Below are positions 16,621 to 25,689 of a stretch of 32,000 nt of DNA, in pieces. The position numbers and the translations under genes were made by a program. This DNA is from Cereibacter sphaeroides 2.4.1 (GTDB taxonomy: Bacteria > Pseudomonadota > Alphaproteobacteria > Rhodobacterales > Rhodobacteraceae). Position 1 is the stretch's first letter, and the number at the start of each line of letters is the position of its first letter. The notes under the pieces were generated by a model, which worked only from the letters and a program-made list of their open reading frames with translations, searched no databases and was not told the origin of the DNA. The stretch is from the NCBI RefSeq assembly GCF_000012905.2, contig NC_007488.2, forward strand, positions 1 through 32,000, read 5' to 3'.

Positions 16621-17685
16621 CTAGTCCGCCGGAGGGCGCGGCCGCAGCAGCCGCAGGAACAGCATCGCGGCCATCGGCCCCAGCAGCGCCACGGCAAAGA
16701 GCCGGATCGTCTGCAGCGTCATCACGAAGGCCACGTCCGCCTCGGCCCCGATGGCGATGATCGCGATGGAATCGATGCTGCCCGGCACGGTCGCGAGCAG
16801 CGCGCTTAAGGGATCCACATCCGCGATCCACGACAGAAGCAGCCCCGAGCCCGCGCAGAAGAGGATGAGGAGAAGGCTCGCCGCCACCAGCGCCGGCAGG
16901 GCGCGCAGGCCCGTGCGCATCAGCTCGGGCGTGAAGCGCAGCCCGATCTGCAGCCCGAGCCACAGGAAGGCCGCCGCCACCAGCCAGCCCGGCATGGCGA
17001 TATTCACCCCCGCCACGCTCAGCCCCGCGGCGAGCGTCAGCGGCACCAGCGAGGCGCCCGCCGGAAGCGCGGGCAGCCAGCGCGCCGCGGCGACGCCGAG
17101 GGCCGCGATCCCCCCGGCCCTCAGGGTCGAGAGAAGACCCGGCGCGGCGGTCCCGCTCAGCGGATGGGCGCCCGTCCCCGCCAGCAGCATCGCCACCCCC
17201 ACCATCGACGAGATCACCATCATCAGCCGCAGGATCTGGATGAAGGCCACCATCCGGCTGTCGAGCCCGCGCTCGTGCGAGATGGCGATGACGGTGCCGG
17301 CCATGCCGGGCAGGAAGCCCCAGATCGCCACCTCGCGGTCGATGCCGGTCCAGGCCGCGGCGATGAGCCCGGTGGCGCAGGCGGCAAGGAAGGTCAGCAC
17401 GACGAAGATGCCCAGAACCGGCCCGAGCTCGACCGCGCGGGCGAGGATGCCCGGATCGATGTGCAGCGCGATCAGGCAGCCCGCGATGCCCTGCGCCGCC
17501 TGATAGGCGGGCCGCGGCATCCGCACCTGCGCGCCCCGCAGGCCGAAGATCGCGCCGAGGATCAGCGGCCCCACCATCAGCCCCGCCGGCAGGCCCAGAG
17601 CCTGCAGCCCCTGCCCCGCCGCGAGGCCCCCCACGGCGAGAACCGCCCATTGCAGCCAGGCCGGCCAGGCGGCGATCCGCTTCAT
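16621..17685 (-). CDS. AbrB-family duplicated membrane protein (putative ammonia-monooxygenase-like/AbrB transporter-like)
   Basis: MKRIAAWPAWLQWAVLAVGGLAAG...GPLILGAIFGL. Internally duplicated hydrophobic halves with GFLPGMAG and TVPGSIDS motifs. The upstream continuation of this frame to 19707 is non-genic. Confidence 0.8.
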   Translation of the reverse strand: MKRIAAWPAWLQWAVLAVGGLAAGQGLQALGLPAGLMVGPLILGAIFGLRGAQVRMPRPAYQAAQGIAGCLIALHIDPGILARAVELGPVLGIFVVLTFLAACATGLIAAAWTGIDREVAIWGFLPGMAGTVIAISHERGLDSRMVAFIQILRLMMVISSMVGVAMLLAGTGAHPLSGTAAPGLLSTLRAGGIAALGVAAARWLPALPAGASLVPLTLAAGLSVAGVNIAMPGWLVAAAFLWLGLQIGLRFTPELMRTGLRALPALVAASLLLILFCAGSGLLLSWIADVDPLSALLATVPGSIDSIAIIAIGAEADVAFVMTLQTIRLFAVALLGPMAAMLFLRLLRPRPPAD

Positions 17686-17958
17686 GCTCTCTGTCTCATG
17701 TCCCGTTCCCGCAGGCGCGCCCGACGGCCTCCTCTTAAGCCGTGCCCCCGGCAGAGGAAAGGCGAAGCCGCCTCTGCCGGCCGTTCTCAGCGCAGGTTGC
17801 GGCAGCCGCCGCGCGACATCCGCGTGGGCAACGCGGGGAAGGACGATCCCGCAGGGGTCGCCCGCGCGGGCCACGGGGCGATGATCGAGACCCGCGCGCA
17901 GGCGACAGGAGCAGAGCACCGCGGCCGCGCCCCAACCCGCGGGAGCCGGAGGACGGCT

Positions 17959-17981
17959 GAAAGAGGGGGCGGTCAGCCCCC
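17959..17981 (-). terminator. Candidate intrinsic terminator of fsr (the stop codon lies in the loop)
   Basis: On the minus-strand RNA: GGGGGC-UGACC-GCCCCC followed by UCUUUC. A 6-bp G/C stem at 17965-17970 pairs with 17976-17981. Confidence 0.4.
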
Positions 17982-19178
17982 CTGATGCGGCTCGAGACGG
18001 GGCAGGAACCAGGCCAGAAGCCCGATCAGCGGCAGGAAGGCGCAGATCCGGTAGACGGTCTCGACGCCGTAGCTTTCCGCGAGCACCCCGAGGAGCGCGG
18101 CCGCGATCCCGCCCAGACCGAAGTTCAGCCCGTAGAACAGCCCGCCGATCAGCCCGATCCGGTTCGGCAGCAGGTCCATCGCATAGATCAGGATCGAGGC
18201 GAAGGCGCTCGCCATGATGAGGTTGATCGCCACCGTCAGCACGCCCGTCCAGAACAGGTCCGCATAGGGCAGCATCAGCGTGAGCGGCAGCGGCCCCAGC
18301 ACCGAGATCCAGATCACCCGCTGCCGGCCGATCCGGTCGCCCACGATGCCGCCGATCAGCACGCCCACCGCGGCTGCCACGAGGAACAGGAACAGCATCA
18401 CCTGCGCCGAGGGGATCGACAGGCCGAACCGCTCCATCAGATAGAAGGTGTAGAACGACCGGAAGCTCTCGCCGTAGGCGTTCTTGGCGAACATGAGCAG
18501 CGTCAGCACCACGAGGCCCACAGCGATGGTGGCGGGCGCATGGCGCGGTGCCGCGCCCCCCTGCCCCGCCTTGGCCCGGCGCGCGGCGAATTCCGCGCTG
18601 ATCGCGCGCTGGCGGCTGCCGATCCACGACAGGAGCAGCATGGCCAGCAGGGCGATGACGGCAAAGCCCGCGAGGCTCGGCTGGCCGCACGGCACGATGA
18701 TGAGCGCGGCCGCGATCGGCCCGAGCGCGCCGCCCGCCTGCCCGCCCACCTGAAAGATCCCCTGCGCGAGGCCCTGCCGCCCGCCCGCCGCATAGCGGGC
18801 CATGCGCGTGGCCTCGGGGTGGAAGATCGACGAGCCGATCCCGATCAGCGCGACCGAGACGAGGATGGTCCCGTAGCTCTGGGCATAGGCGAGGCTCACC
18901 AGCCCCGAGAGCGTGAACATCATCCCCACCACCGGCGAGTAGGGCATGGGCCTGCGGTCGGTCAGCGTTCCCACCACCGGCTGCAGAAGCGAGCCTGCGA
19001 TCTGGAAGGTCATGGTGATCATGCCGATCTGCACGAAGTCGAGCCCGGCGGACTCCTTCAGGATCGGATAGGCGGCGGGGATCAGCGACTGCATCAGGTC
19101 GTTGAGCAGATGGGTCAGCCCCAGAACCACCAGCACGGCGAGGTGGGTTCCGGAACGGGTCACGGTCGCGGTTGTCAT
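17973..19178 (-). CDS. fsr: MFS transporter, fosmidomycin-resistance protein (Fsr) family
   Basis: LTHLLNDLMQSLIPAAYPIL, FVQIGMITMTFQIAGSLLQPVVGTLTDRRPMP, FHPEATRMARYAAGGRQGLAQGIFQVGG, FYTFYLMERFGLSI, YRICAFLPLIGLLAWFLP. Collinear with E. coli Fsr as recalled. ATG at 19178 (MTTATV...). Confidence 0.88.
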   Translation of the reverse strand: MTTATVTRSGTHLAVLVVLGLTHLLNDLMQSLIPAAYPILKESAGLDFVQIGMITMTFQIAGSLLQPVVGTLTDRRPMPYSPVVGMMFTLSGLVSLAYAQSYGTILVSVALIGIGSSIFHPEATRMARYAAGGRQGLAQGIFQVGGQAGGALGPIAAALIIVPCGQPSLAGFAVIALLAMLLLSWIGSRQRAISAEFAARRAKAGQGGAAPRHAPATIAVGLVVLTLLMFAKNAYGESFRSFYTFYLMERFGLSIPSAQVMLFLFLVAAAVGVLIGGIVGDRIGRQRVIWISVLGPLPLTLMLPYADLFWTGVLTVAINLIMASAFASILIYAMDLLPNRIGLIGGLFYGLNFGLGGIAAALLGVLAESYGVETVYRICAFLPLIGLLAWFLPRLEPHQGG

Positions 19179-19618
19179 GTCGGTAACTTCGGCTTTGGAT
19201 GGGCCCCCGTGGGGCAACCGGCCCAGTTGCACATAGACGCCCGCCCGTCGCAAGAGCGCAGGCCCCCCGCCCGCGCCTTTCTCCGCAGGCCTGTCCCCGC
19301 GGCAACACCGAAATAAAAGCGTTTTTCATCCGTTTCTTGCCGGGCATCCCACGCGTGAACGGGCCGATGGCCCGGGCCCGCTCCTCCTGCAGGCCGTCTT
19401 CCACCTCATCCGCGCGGGGGCCGGAAAAGCTGCCCTGACCATGGCAGGTCGGCGATGCCACCCCTCCTCCGGGCGCCTTCGGGCCGGAACGCAGAGCCCC
19501 CCTCTCCCGCCGCTCCGCAGTCGGGCAGCCCCGCTGCCGGATGCGCGCCTGCGGCACTGCGCCCATGGTCCTTTGCCCCGCCGCCGCTAGCTTGGCAGTC
19601 AGCAACGACGAGAGACCG

Positions 19619-20317
19619 ATGACCCGCCTCCTGCCCCTCCTCACCCTTCTGGCCGCTCTGGCCTTCGCCGCCTCGCCGCTCACCACGCAGGGCTTCAACG
19701 GCTTCACCGCCGACCAATTCCCGATCCCGCAGGTCGATCCGCCGGTGCAGCCCGCGGGCTACGCCTTCGCAATCTGGGGCGTGATCTATCTCTGGCTGAT
19801 CCTCGGCGCGGGCTTCGGCCTCTGGAAGCGCGCCCGCGACCCGGACTGGCAGCGGATGCGGCCGCCGCTGCTGGCGAGCCTCGCCATCGGCGCGGCCTGG
19901 ATCCCGGTCGCCAATGCCGCCCCCGTCGCCGCCACCGCCATGATCTGGGCCATGCTCGCCGGCGCCGTGGCCGCGCTTGTCCGCAGCGGTCCCCGCGATC
20001 CCTGGTGGCAGCGCGCGCCCGTGGCCCTCTATGCAGGCTGGCTCACCGCCGCGGCCTCTGTGGCGCTGGGGCTGGTCGCGGCCGGACACGGCCTCCTGTC
20101 CGCAGAGGCGGCAGCGCTTGCGGCCCTCGCCCTCGCGCTGGCCTGTGCCCTCGCCGTGATCCTCCGCGGACCCCGCGCCCCCGCCTACGGCACCGCCGTG
20201 GCCTGGGCGCTCGGCGGCGTGGTCGTCTCGAACCTCGCGCCGCTCAACCTGCCCGTCCTCACCCTCGCCGGAGCGGGCCTCCTCCTCACAGGCGTCCTCA
20301 CGCTCCGCCGCAGCTGA
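19619..20317 (+). CDS. Integral membrane protein, possibly TspO/MBR-related (tryptophan-rich); function unknown
   Basis: Signal/TM MTRLLPLLTLLAALAFAA, then five or more hydrophobic segments. GYAFAIWGVIYLWLILGAGFGLW resembles the TspO TM1-2 region. The family assignment is tentative. Confidence 0.6.
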   Translation: MTRLLPLLTLLAALAFAASPLTTQGFNGFTADQFPIPQVDPPVQPAGYAFAIWGVIYLWLILGAGFGLWKRARDPDWQRMRPPLLASLAIGAAWIPVANAAPVAATAMIWAMLAGAVAALVRSGPRDPWWQRAPVALYAGWLTAAASVALGLVAAGHGLLSAEAAALAALALALACALAVILRGPRAPAYGTAVAWALGGVVVSNLAPLNLPVLTLAGAGLLLTGVLTLRRS

Positions 20318-20321
20318 CAGG

Positions 20322-20342
20322 GGTGCCCGACGCCCGGGCACC
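20322..20342 (+). terminator. Hairpin immediately after the membrane-protein stop
   Basis: GGTGCCCG-ACGCC-CGGGCACC, a perfect 8-bp stem 5 nt after the TGA at 20315-20317. No U-tract. Confidence 0.35.
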
Positions 20343-20356
20343 ACCCCCCGCACCGC

Positions 20357-20385
20357 CTTGTGGCACCCCTTCCCCGCACCACAAG
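20357..20385. promoter_or_regulatory. Inverted repeat upstream of repA (candidate RepA/RepB operator)
   Basis: CTTGTGG-N15-CCACAAG, about 100 bp upstream of the repA start. repABC operons are autorepressed through operator repeats in this position. Confidence 0.3.
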
Positions 20386-20486
20386 ATACGGAAGATTCTC
20401 CTTGCCCGAATCCCGGATCTCGCGCATTCATTTACGCCAAGAGGCGAAGATAACAGAAAATGCCGTAACAAACGGCGGAGAGCGGG

Positions 20487-21665
20487 ATGCAAGTGAAGGA
20501 ACGGATCGACCGCCTTGTGGGCGATCATGCGGCGCGCCTGTCGGAGCGGCTGATGGCCCACCGGGCGCAGCTCTTCCCCCCGAACGCCCGCAAGGAGCTC
20601 CGGCGCTTCACCTCGGGCGAGGTGGCGGCCCTGCTCGGCGTCAAGGATGCCTATCTGCGCAAGCTCAGCCTCGAGGGCCGCGGCCCGCAGCCCGAAACGG
20701 GGCCCGGCGGACGCCGCCTCTACCGCTCCGACGACATCATGGAGCTGCGCACGCTGCTCGAGAAGCGCGCCAAGGCGCCCGGCACCTACCTGCCGGGCCG
20801 GCGCGAGGGCGACCATCTTCAGGTCATCACCGTGATCAATTTCAAGGGCGGCTCGGGCAAGACCACGACCGCCGCCCACCTCGCGCAGAAACTGGCGCTC
20901 GACGGCTACCGGGTGCTGGCCATCGATCTCGATCCCCAGGCCTCGCTGTCGGCACTGCACGGATTCCAGCCGGAATTCGACCTGCTCGATGGCGGCACCC
21001 TCTACGATGCCATCCGCTACGAAGATCCGCTGCCGCTCTCGTCGGTGGTGCAGAAAACATATTTCACCGGGCTCGACATCGTGCCGGGAAATCTCGAACT
21101 GATGGAATTCGAGCATGACACGCCCCGCGCCCTCTCCGTGCGCGGCGGCAACCTTTTCTTCACCAGGATTTCGGATGCCTTGGCGGAGATCGAATCCGAC
21201 TACGACCTTGTGGTGATCGACTGCCCGCCGCAGCTGGGGTTCCTCACCATGTCCGCCCTCTCCGCGGCGACGGCCGTGCTCGTCACCGTCCACCCCCAGA
21301 TGCTCGATGTCATGTCCATGTGCCAGTTCCTGCTCATGACCTCCAACCTGCTCGGCGTGGTCGCCGACGCGGGCGGCGACATGAGCTACGACTGGATGCG
21401 TTATCTCGTTACCCGCTACGAGCCGGGCGACGGGCCGCAGAACCAGATGGTGAGCTTCATGCGCTCGCTGTTCGGCGACCATGTGCTGAACCATCCGGTG
21501 CTGAAATCGACCGGCATCTCGGACGCGGGCCTGACCAAGCAGACGCTCTACGAGGTGGAGAAAAGCGATTTCACCCGCTCGACCTACGAACGCGCGATGG
21601 AGAGCCTGAACGCGGTGAACAAGGAGATCGAGGGGCTGATCCAGACCGCCTGGGGGCGCACATGA
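20487..21665 (+). CDS. repA: RepA, ParA-type partition ATPase of a repABC replicon
   Basis: N-terminal HTH-like region (FTSGEVAALLGV...LRKL). Deviant Walker A INFKGGSGKTTTAAHLAQ. AIDLDPQASLS, VVIDCPPQLG. SD GGAGAG upstream. Confidence 0.93.
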   Translation: MQVKERIDRLVGDHAARLSERLMAHRAQLFPPNARKELRRFTSGEVAALLGVKDAYLRKLSLEGRGPQPETGPGGRRLYRSDDIMELRTLLEKRAKAPGTYLPGRREGDHLQVITVINFKGGSGKTTTAAHLAQKLALDGYRVLAIDLDPQASLSALHGFQPEFDLLDGGTLYDAIRYEDPLPLSSVVQKTYFTGLDIVPGNLELMEFEHDTPRALSVRGGNLFFTRISDALAEIESDYDLVVIDCPPQLGFLTMSALSAATAVLVTVHPQMLDVMSMCQFLLMTSNLLGVVADAGGDMSYDWMRYLVTRYEPGDGPQNQMVSFMRSLFGDHVLNHPVLKSTGISDAGLTKQTLYEVEKSDFTRSTYERAMESLNAVNKEIEGLIQTAWGRT

Positions 21666-22612
21666 GCCGCAAGAACATCCTTCAGGGCCTGATGGCCGGC
21701 ACCCCCTCCCCTGCCCCGGCGGCCGCCGAGCGTCCGCGGGCCACCAAGGGGGCCATCGGCGCCGTCTCGCGCTCCATCGCCGATCTGAAGGCGCGCGCGG
21801 TGATCGAGGTCGATCCGTTCCTGATCGACGCGGGCGGCCTGCAGGACCGGCTCGAGAGCGACGCGGCCGAGGATGCCGAGCTTGCCCGCTCCATCGCCAC
21901 CTACGGCCAGCAGGTTCCGGTGCTGGTGCGGCCGCATCCCACCGATGAAAATCGTTTTCAGATTGTCTATGGCCGCCGCCGCGTGCTGGCACTGCGCGAT
22001 CTCGGCCAGCCGGTCAAGGCGCTGGTGCGCGATCTCGACGACCGCGAGGCGGTGCTGGCTCAGGGTCAGGAAAACACCGCCCGGCGCGATCTCTCCTTCA
22101 TCGAGAAGGTGAATTTCGCCCGCCAGATGGCGGATGCGGGCTATGACCGCAAGGCGATCTGCGACGCCCTGTCGGTCGACAAGACCTTGATTTCGCGTAT
22201 GGTTTCGGTTTCCGAACGGGTGCCCGTCGCCCTGATCGAGGCGATCGGCGCGGCCTCCGGCATCGGGCGCGACCGCTGGCTGGCCTTGGCCGAGCTGATG
22301 GAGAAGACCGACGACGATCTCGATACGCTGATCTCCACCATGTCGCTCACCGCCGAGGGACAGGGGTCGGACCAGAGGTTCGAGGCGCTCTTTTCCTATC
22401 TGTCGGGCCAGAGGCGGCGCGAGCCCCCTGCCCCGCTGCGCACCGAGCCGATCACGGGCCACGACGGCCGCCCCTTGGGCGACGTGAGCCGCGGTGCGGC
22501 CTCGGTCGTGCTGCGGCTGCGCCGAAGCCATGCGAAAGGGTTCGAGGAGTGGTTGCTCCAGAACCTGCCCGATCTTCACCGTTCCTGGCAAAGCGATCGG
22601 AACGGGAAGTAA
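21662..22612 (+). CDS. repB: RepB, ParB-type centromere-binding protein of a repABC replicon
   Basis: ATGA overlap with the repA stop (21662-21665). ParB box motifs GQQVPVLVRP...FQIVYGRRRVLA and QGQENTARRDLSFIE, plus the HTH region ICDALSVDKTLISRM. Confidence 0.9.
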   Translation: MSRKNILQGLMAGTPSPAPAAAERPRATKGAIGAVSRSIADLKARAVIEVDPFLIDAGGLQDRLESDAAEDAELARSIATYGQQVPVLVRPHPTDENRFQIVYGRRRVLALRDLGQPVKALVRDLDDREAVLAQGQENTARRDLSFIEKVNFARQMADAGYDRKAICDALSVDKTLISRMVSVSERVPVALIEAIGAASGIGRDRWLALAELMEKTDDDLDTLISTMSLTAEGQGSDQRFEALFSYLSGQRRREPPAPLRTEPITGHDGRPLGDVSRGAASVVLRLRRSHAKGFEEWLLQNLPDLHRSWQSDRNGK

Positions 22613-22657
22613 CGACGCCCCGCAACCCACAGAGAAAGGAGCACGACCGGCAGAACG

Positions 22658-22710
22658 AAAAAGCCCCCCAGGACATGACATCCCGAGAGGCCCATTCTTG
22701 ATCTAGCACC
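22658..22710 (-). ncRNA. Predicted repABC counter-transcribed antisense RNA (ctRNA, incAlpha/RepE-like) in the repB-repC intergenic region
   Basis: A minus-strand promoter (see next feature) is followed about 50 nt later by a hairpin, CCUCUCGGGA-UGUCAUG-UCCUGGGGGG, with a 10-bp stem including G-U pairs (22663-22690). It then runs into CUUUUU (complement of AAAAA at 22658-22662). Size and position match known repABC ctRNAs. The 5-prime end is estimated. Confidence 0.55.
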
Positions 22711-22714
22711 TCGA

Positions 22715-22743
22715 GAATAGCTGCGGGACTGCACGGCTGTCAA
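22715..22743 (-). promoter_or_regulatory. Promoter of the antisense ctRNA
   Basis: The minus strand reads TTGACA (22743-22738), a 17-nt spacer, then CTATTC (22720-15). Confidence 0.5.
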
Positions 22744-22786
22744 CACCTCCCGGGTGGCCGGATCTCTTTTGCTGCGTGACATCGCC

Positions 22787-24070
22787 ATGCACCACATTTC
22801 CCTGACGCCCTTCGGGCGCCAGCCGGTGACGGCTGGGATCCTCGCGAGCCAGCGGCTCGCCGAGGCGCGGTCCCCCCTGCCCGAGATCGACAAATGGGCG
22901 CTGTTTGCCGACCTCCGCACCGCGCGCGCTCGCTTCGGCGTCTCGGACCGGGATCTGGCCGTCCTCTATGCGCTGCTGAGCTTCCTGCCCGGCCGGGTTC
23001 TGACCGACGCGGCGCCGCTCGTGGTTTTTCCGTCGAATGCGACGCTTTCGGACCGGGCGCATGGCATGGCCGAGAGCACGCTGCGCCGTCATCTCGCGGC
23101 GCTGGTCGAGGCAGGGCTCGTGGCGCGGCGCGACAGTGCGAACGGCAAGCGCTACGCCCACCGCAACCGCGCGGGCGAGCTGGTGACGGCCTATGGCTTC
23201 GACCTGCGCCCCCTGCTCGTCCGGGCGGCGGAGATCGCCGAGACGGCGGCGGCTCTCGAGGCTGAAGCCGAAGCGATGGCGCGGGCCCGGACGGCCTTGG
23301 TGCTGAAGCTCCGGGATGCGACCAAGCTCGCCGCCTACGCCGATCCGGAGGGCCGCGCTGCGGGGATCGAGCCGCGGCTGATGCCGATCCGGCGTGCCCT
23401 GCGCCGGCGACTGACGCTGGCCGATCTGGCCGAGATGGCGCGGACGCTCGACCTGGTGCTCGGGGACATCCGGAGGACGCTGGCCCTTCGCGCAGCGGAA
23501 ATGGACGGCACAGTCGGCCGGATCGAGCGGCACCATACAGAATCAAAGACAGAATCTTCTGATCTTGAAGGCGGGCATGCCTGTGGAAAGACCAGCGGCG
23601 AGGCTGAGAAAGATTGCCGAAACATCGGCGGTGAGAGCCCGGACGAAAAGGCTAACAGACCCTCACCCAACCGGGCGGAACCTGACGAAGCGCGCCCCGA
23701 GGAACTCGCCTCGCTGGAGATTAACGACAATCAGCGGCCTGCCCCGACACTTCCGCTGGGACTTGTCCTGAAAGCCTGCCCGGATCTGGAACCCTATGCG
23801 CCCGAGATCCGCAACTGGCGCGACCTGACCGCCGCTGCGAGCCGGCTGCGGGGCATGATGGGCATCACACCCTCCGCCTGGGAAGAGGCAAAGGCGGAAA
23901 TGGGCGCCGAGACGGCGTCCGTTGCGCTCGCCGCCATCCTGCAGCGCTTCGCCTCGATCCGGAATCCGGGCGGCTATCTCCGGGCCCTCACCCGTCGTGC
24001 CAGCGAGGGTGCCTTCTCGCCCACGCCGATGATCATGGCGCTGCTCGCCGAGACACGTGAGGCCGCTTGA
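22787..24070 (+). CDS. repC: RepC replication initiator of a repABC replicon
   Basis: MHHISLTPFGRQPVT..., DKWALFADLRTARARFGVSDRDLAVLYALLSFLP, VVFPSNATLSDRAHGMAESTLRRHLAALVEAGLVARRDSANGKRY. C-terminal SAWEEAKAEMGAETASVALAAILQR...NPGGYLRAL. ATG at 22787 preferred over the ORF opening at 22754. Confidence 0.92.
   Translation: MHHISLTPFGRQPVTAGILASQRLAEARSPLPEIDKWALFADLRTARARFGVSDRDLAVLYALLSFLPGRVLTDAAPLVVFPSNATLSDRAHGMAESTLRRHLAALVEAGLVARRDSANGKRYAHRNRAGELVTAYGFDLRPLLVRAAEIAETAAALEAEAEAMARARTALVLKLRDATKLAAYADPEGRAAGIEPRLMPIRRALRRRLTLADLAEMARTLDLVLGDIRRTLALRAAEMDGTVGRIERHHTESKTESSDLEGGHACGKTSGEAEKDCRNIGGESPDEKANRPSPNRAEPDEARPEELASLEINDNQRPAPTLPLGLVLKACPDLEPYAPEIRNWRDLTAAASRLRGMMGITPSAWEEAKAEMGAETASVALAAILQRFASIRNPGGYLRALTRRASEGAFSPTPMIMALLAETREAA
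23530..23720. other. Candidate oriV inside repC (locally lower-GC segment with short direct repeats)
   Basis: The lowest-GC stretch of repC. ACAGAATC occurs twice at a 12-bp spacing (23537-23544 and 23549-23556), each containing a GANTC (CcrM) site. It encodes a low-complexity linker (ESKTESSDLEGG...DEKANRPSPNR). In characterised repABC plasmids the origin lies within repC. Confidence 0.4.
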
Positions 24071-24253
24071 GACGCACCTGAGGGAGTGTGTCCGGTCCGA
24101 ACGATTGCCGGGTGCGAGCGGTGGAAATGCGCAGCTATGGACAGAGAGCTGTGCTTCTGCCCGTAAGGTGAGAGGAGGAGCTTGCTTCTTTGTGTTTGGG
24201 TGGCGAGACGGTTTGTGAGCGGCTCGACGGCACCGACGCCGTGGACGTTGAAA

Positions 24254-24269
24254 GTTGACAGCTGTCAAC
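24254..24269. promoter_or_regulatory. parS centromere site 1
   Basis: Perfect palindrome GTTGACAGCTGTCAAC fits the repABC parS consensus GTTNNCNGCNGNNAAC. The palindrome extends to 18 bp (24253-24270). Confidence 0.75.
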
Positions 24270-24410
24270 TCGCAGGGCGGGTTCACAGCGACCTGCGTGG
24301 GGGACGACGATTTCGGCCGGATGCCTTCGGCATGGGACGGACCATTTCTCGAGTGTGAAGTGTGCGGGCGCCCATTGGCGGACCCTCGGCGACCGACGGG
24401 CGGGTGAAAA

Positions 24411-24426
24411 GTTGACAGCTGTCAAC
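24411..24426. promoter_or_regulatory. parS centromere site 2
   Basis: Identical GTTGACAGCTGTCAAC. The palindrome extends to 22 bp (AAAGTTGACAGCTGTCAACTTT, 24408-24429), 157 bp from site 1. Confidence 0.75.
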
Positions 24427-25689
24427 TTTCGAAACGGTATCCTCGCACCGAGACCTCCAGGTCACGCGGTCGCCCCGCAGCACCCGTAAAATGCGGAAAA
24501 TTGACTTGAATTGGGACGCTGCTTGAGCGCAGCAGAGTCTCGATGCGCCGAAGGTGAAGTTTCTGCTGCCCGCTCGATCGCGACGAAGGCGCCTCAAGGC
24601 TGGCCGAAAGACAGGCGCATCAGGCGGACAAAGGGTAAGAGACCTCGTGATCCGCCGCCGACTCTGCCGCGATGCGCGCGTCGTCGGGTCTCATTCTTCT
24701 TTCGGCAACAGCCGGTCTGGCATGCGTCTGGCAGACGGCGCGCCGTGGAGGAACCGCAATGGCAGAGCCGCGCGACCCGGATTGCACGCTCGGACAGGTC
24801 TGGCGGGCGTGTCGACAGAGCGTGGAATTGAAGCCCACAAGTTCTTCGGGAGAGGGCGGTGTCCGATGGTCTGAAGGCGAAGAGAGACAGATGGCGCGGG
24901 CGTGTCGGGCGGGTGCGGTCTGATAAACGCGCGGCAGGCGGGAGCAGGCAACGAGGCTAAGGGTGCGACTGCGAGAGCTCCCGGCGCTACAAGGTCCGCA
25001 CGGGTCAGAGTCCGAAATGGATCACGGGGGAGCGGACGGTCGACAGCGCGGCGAAGAGGAGGCTGCCGCGAGGTGCGTCGGTCGCCGGTTGCAGAAGCCA
25101 GCGCGCACGGCACTCCGGCTTGGCCGGGGCTTTGCGGCAAGGCCGGACCGGCTTCCGGGGGCAATGCCTGTGGCCTCCGTAAAGGAGCGGGAGCCGGGTT
25201 GCCGGCACCGGCGCACAGGGAGTGCGGCTTGCATCGCCATGTTGCGGCGAACAGAGGCAGGTCGGCACTGGCGGCGGAATCCTCCGGTCACTGCGGAGCA
25301 GCGCAGACTCGGCCGACGGGGCCGGCGGACAGACGCCCATCCCGCAGTGTTGTGCGTGGGAGCGGAGGCGAGCTGGCGCTGCGGGGCAGGGTCCTCGGGC
25401 GACGCAGCGCCAGCATGCTCACGCCGCGTGGCGGGGCGTGCCCCTGTCACGCGGCTCCGCCCGCAGGCTTCGGTGAGGCGCGGCCGGAGCGTTTCAGGGA
25501 CATGCTGTCTTCGAACCGGTCGCCGGGTGCTGGCGGACGCCGATGGAAACGGGGCGGGCGACGGAGAGGTGGCGGCGCACGATCTCGCGTGCGGGCGCGC
25601 CGGCTTCCGCTGAGGTGACGCGGGCGACCGGGGACGTGGGCGGCGGCTCTCGACCGGACTGTCGGCGGGGGCGAACCTCGCGCTCGGGG

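Noticed and set aside
14072-17650. 1192-aa minus-strand ORF
   Set aside because: It lies antisense to the acyltransferase and beta-helix genes and out of frame with the AbrB-family gene. The translation is Arg/Gly/Ala/Pro-rich with no domain signature.
17686-19707. Upstream extension of the AbrB-family frame to a 1028-aa ORF
   Set aside because: The extension runs through the fsr gene in a different frame and through intergenic DNA. The credible protein starts at MKRIAAW (17685).
20298-21992. 564-aa minus-strand ORF opposite repA. The same applies to 26032-27519 (-) opposite the LysR gene, 27272-28570 (-) and 27358-28806 (+) around the GGDEF gene, 28305-30221 (+) and 28597-29874 (-) around the MocR gene, and 30262-31512 (-) opposite dctP
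   Set aside because: All are shadow ORFs of confidently identified genes, with low-complexity composition and no motifs.
24554-25618. ORFs 24554-24874, 24672-24923, 24902-25618 and 24963-25613 as real genes
   Set aside because: The frames overlap each other, rare codons are abundant, the translations are Arg/Gly-rich, and no family resemblance is recognisable.
24963-25620. Possible ORF-less group II intron, considered because the sequence begins GTGCGAC and is rich in GC helices
   Set aside because: I could not find a domain V-like 34-nt hairpin with the AGC triad and a GNRA loop, a domain VI bulged A, or any reverse-transcriptase remnant. A single GTGCG pentamer is expected by chance.
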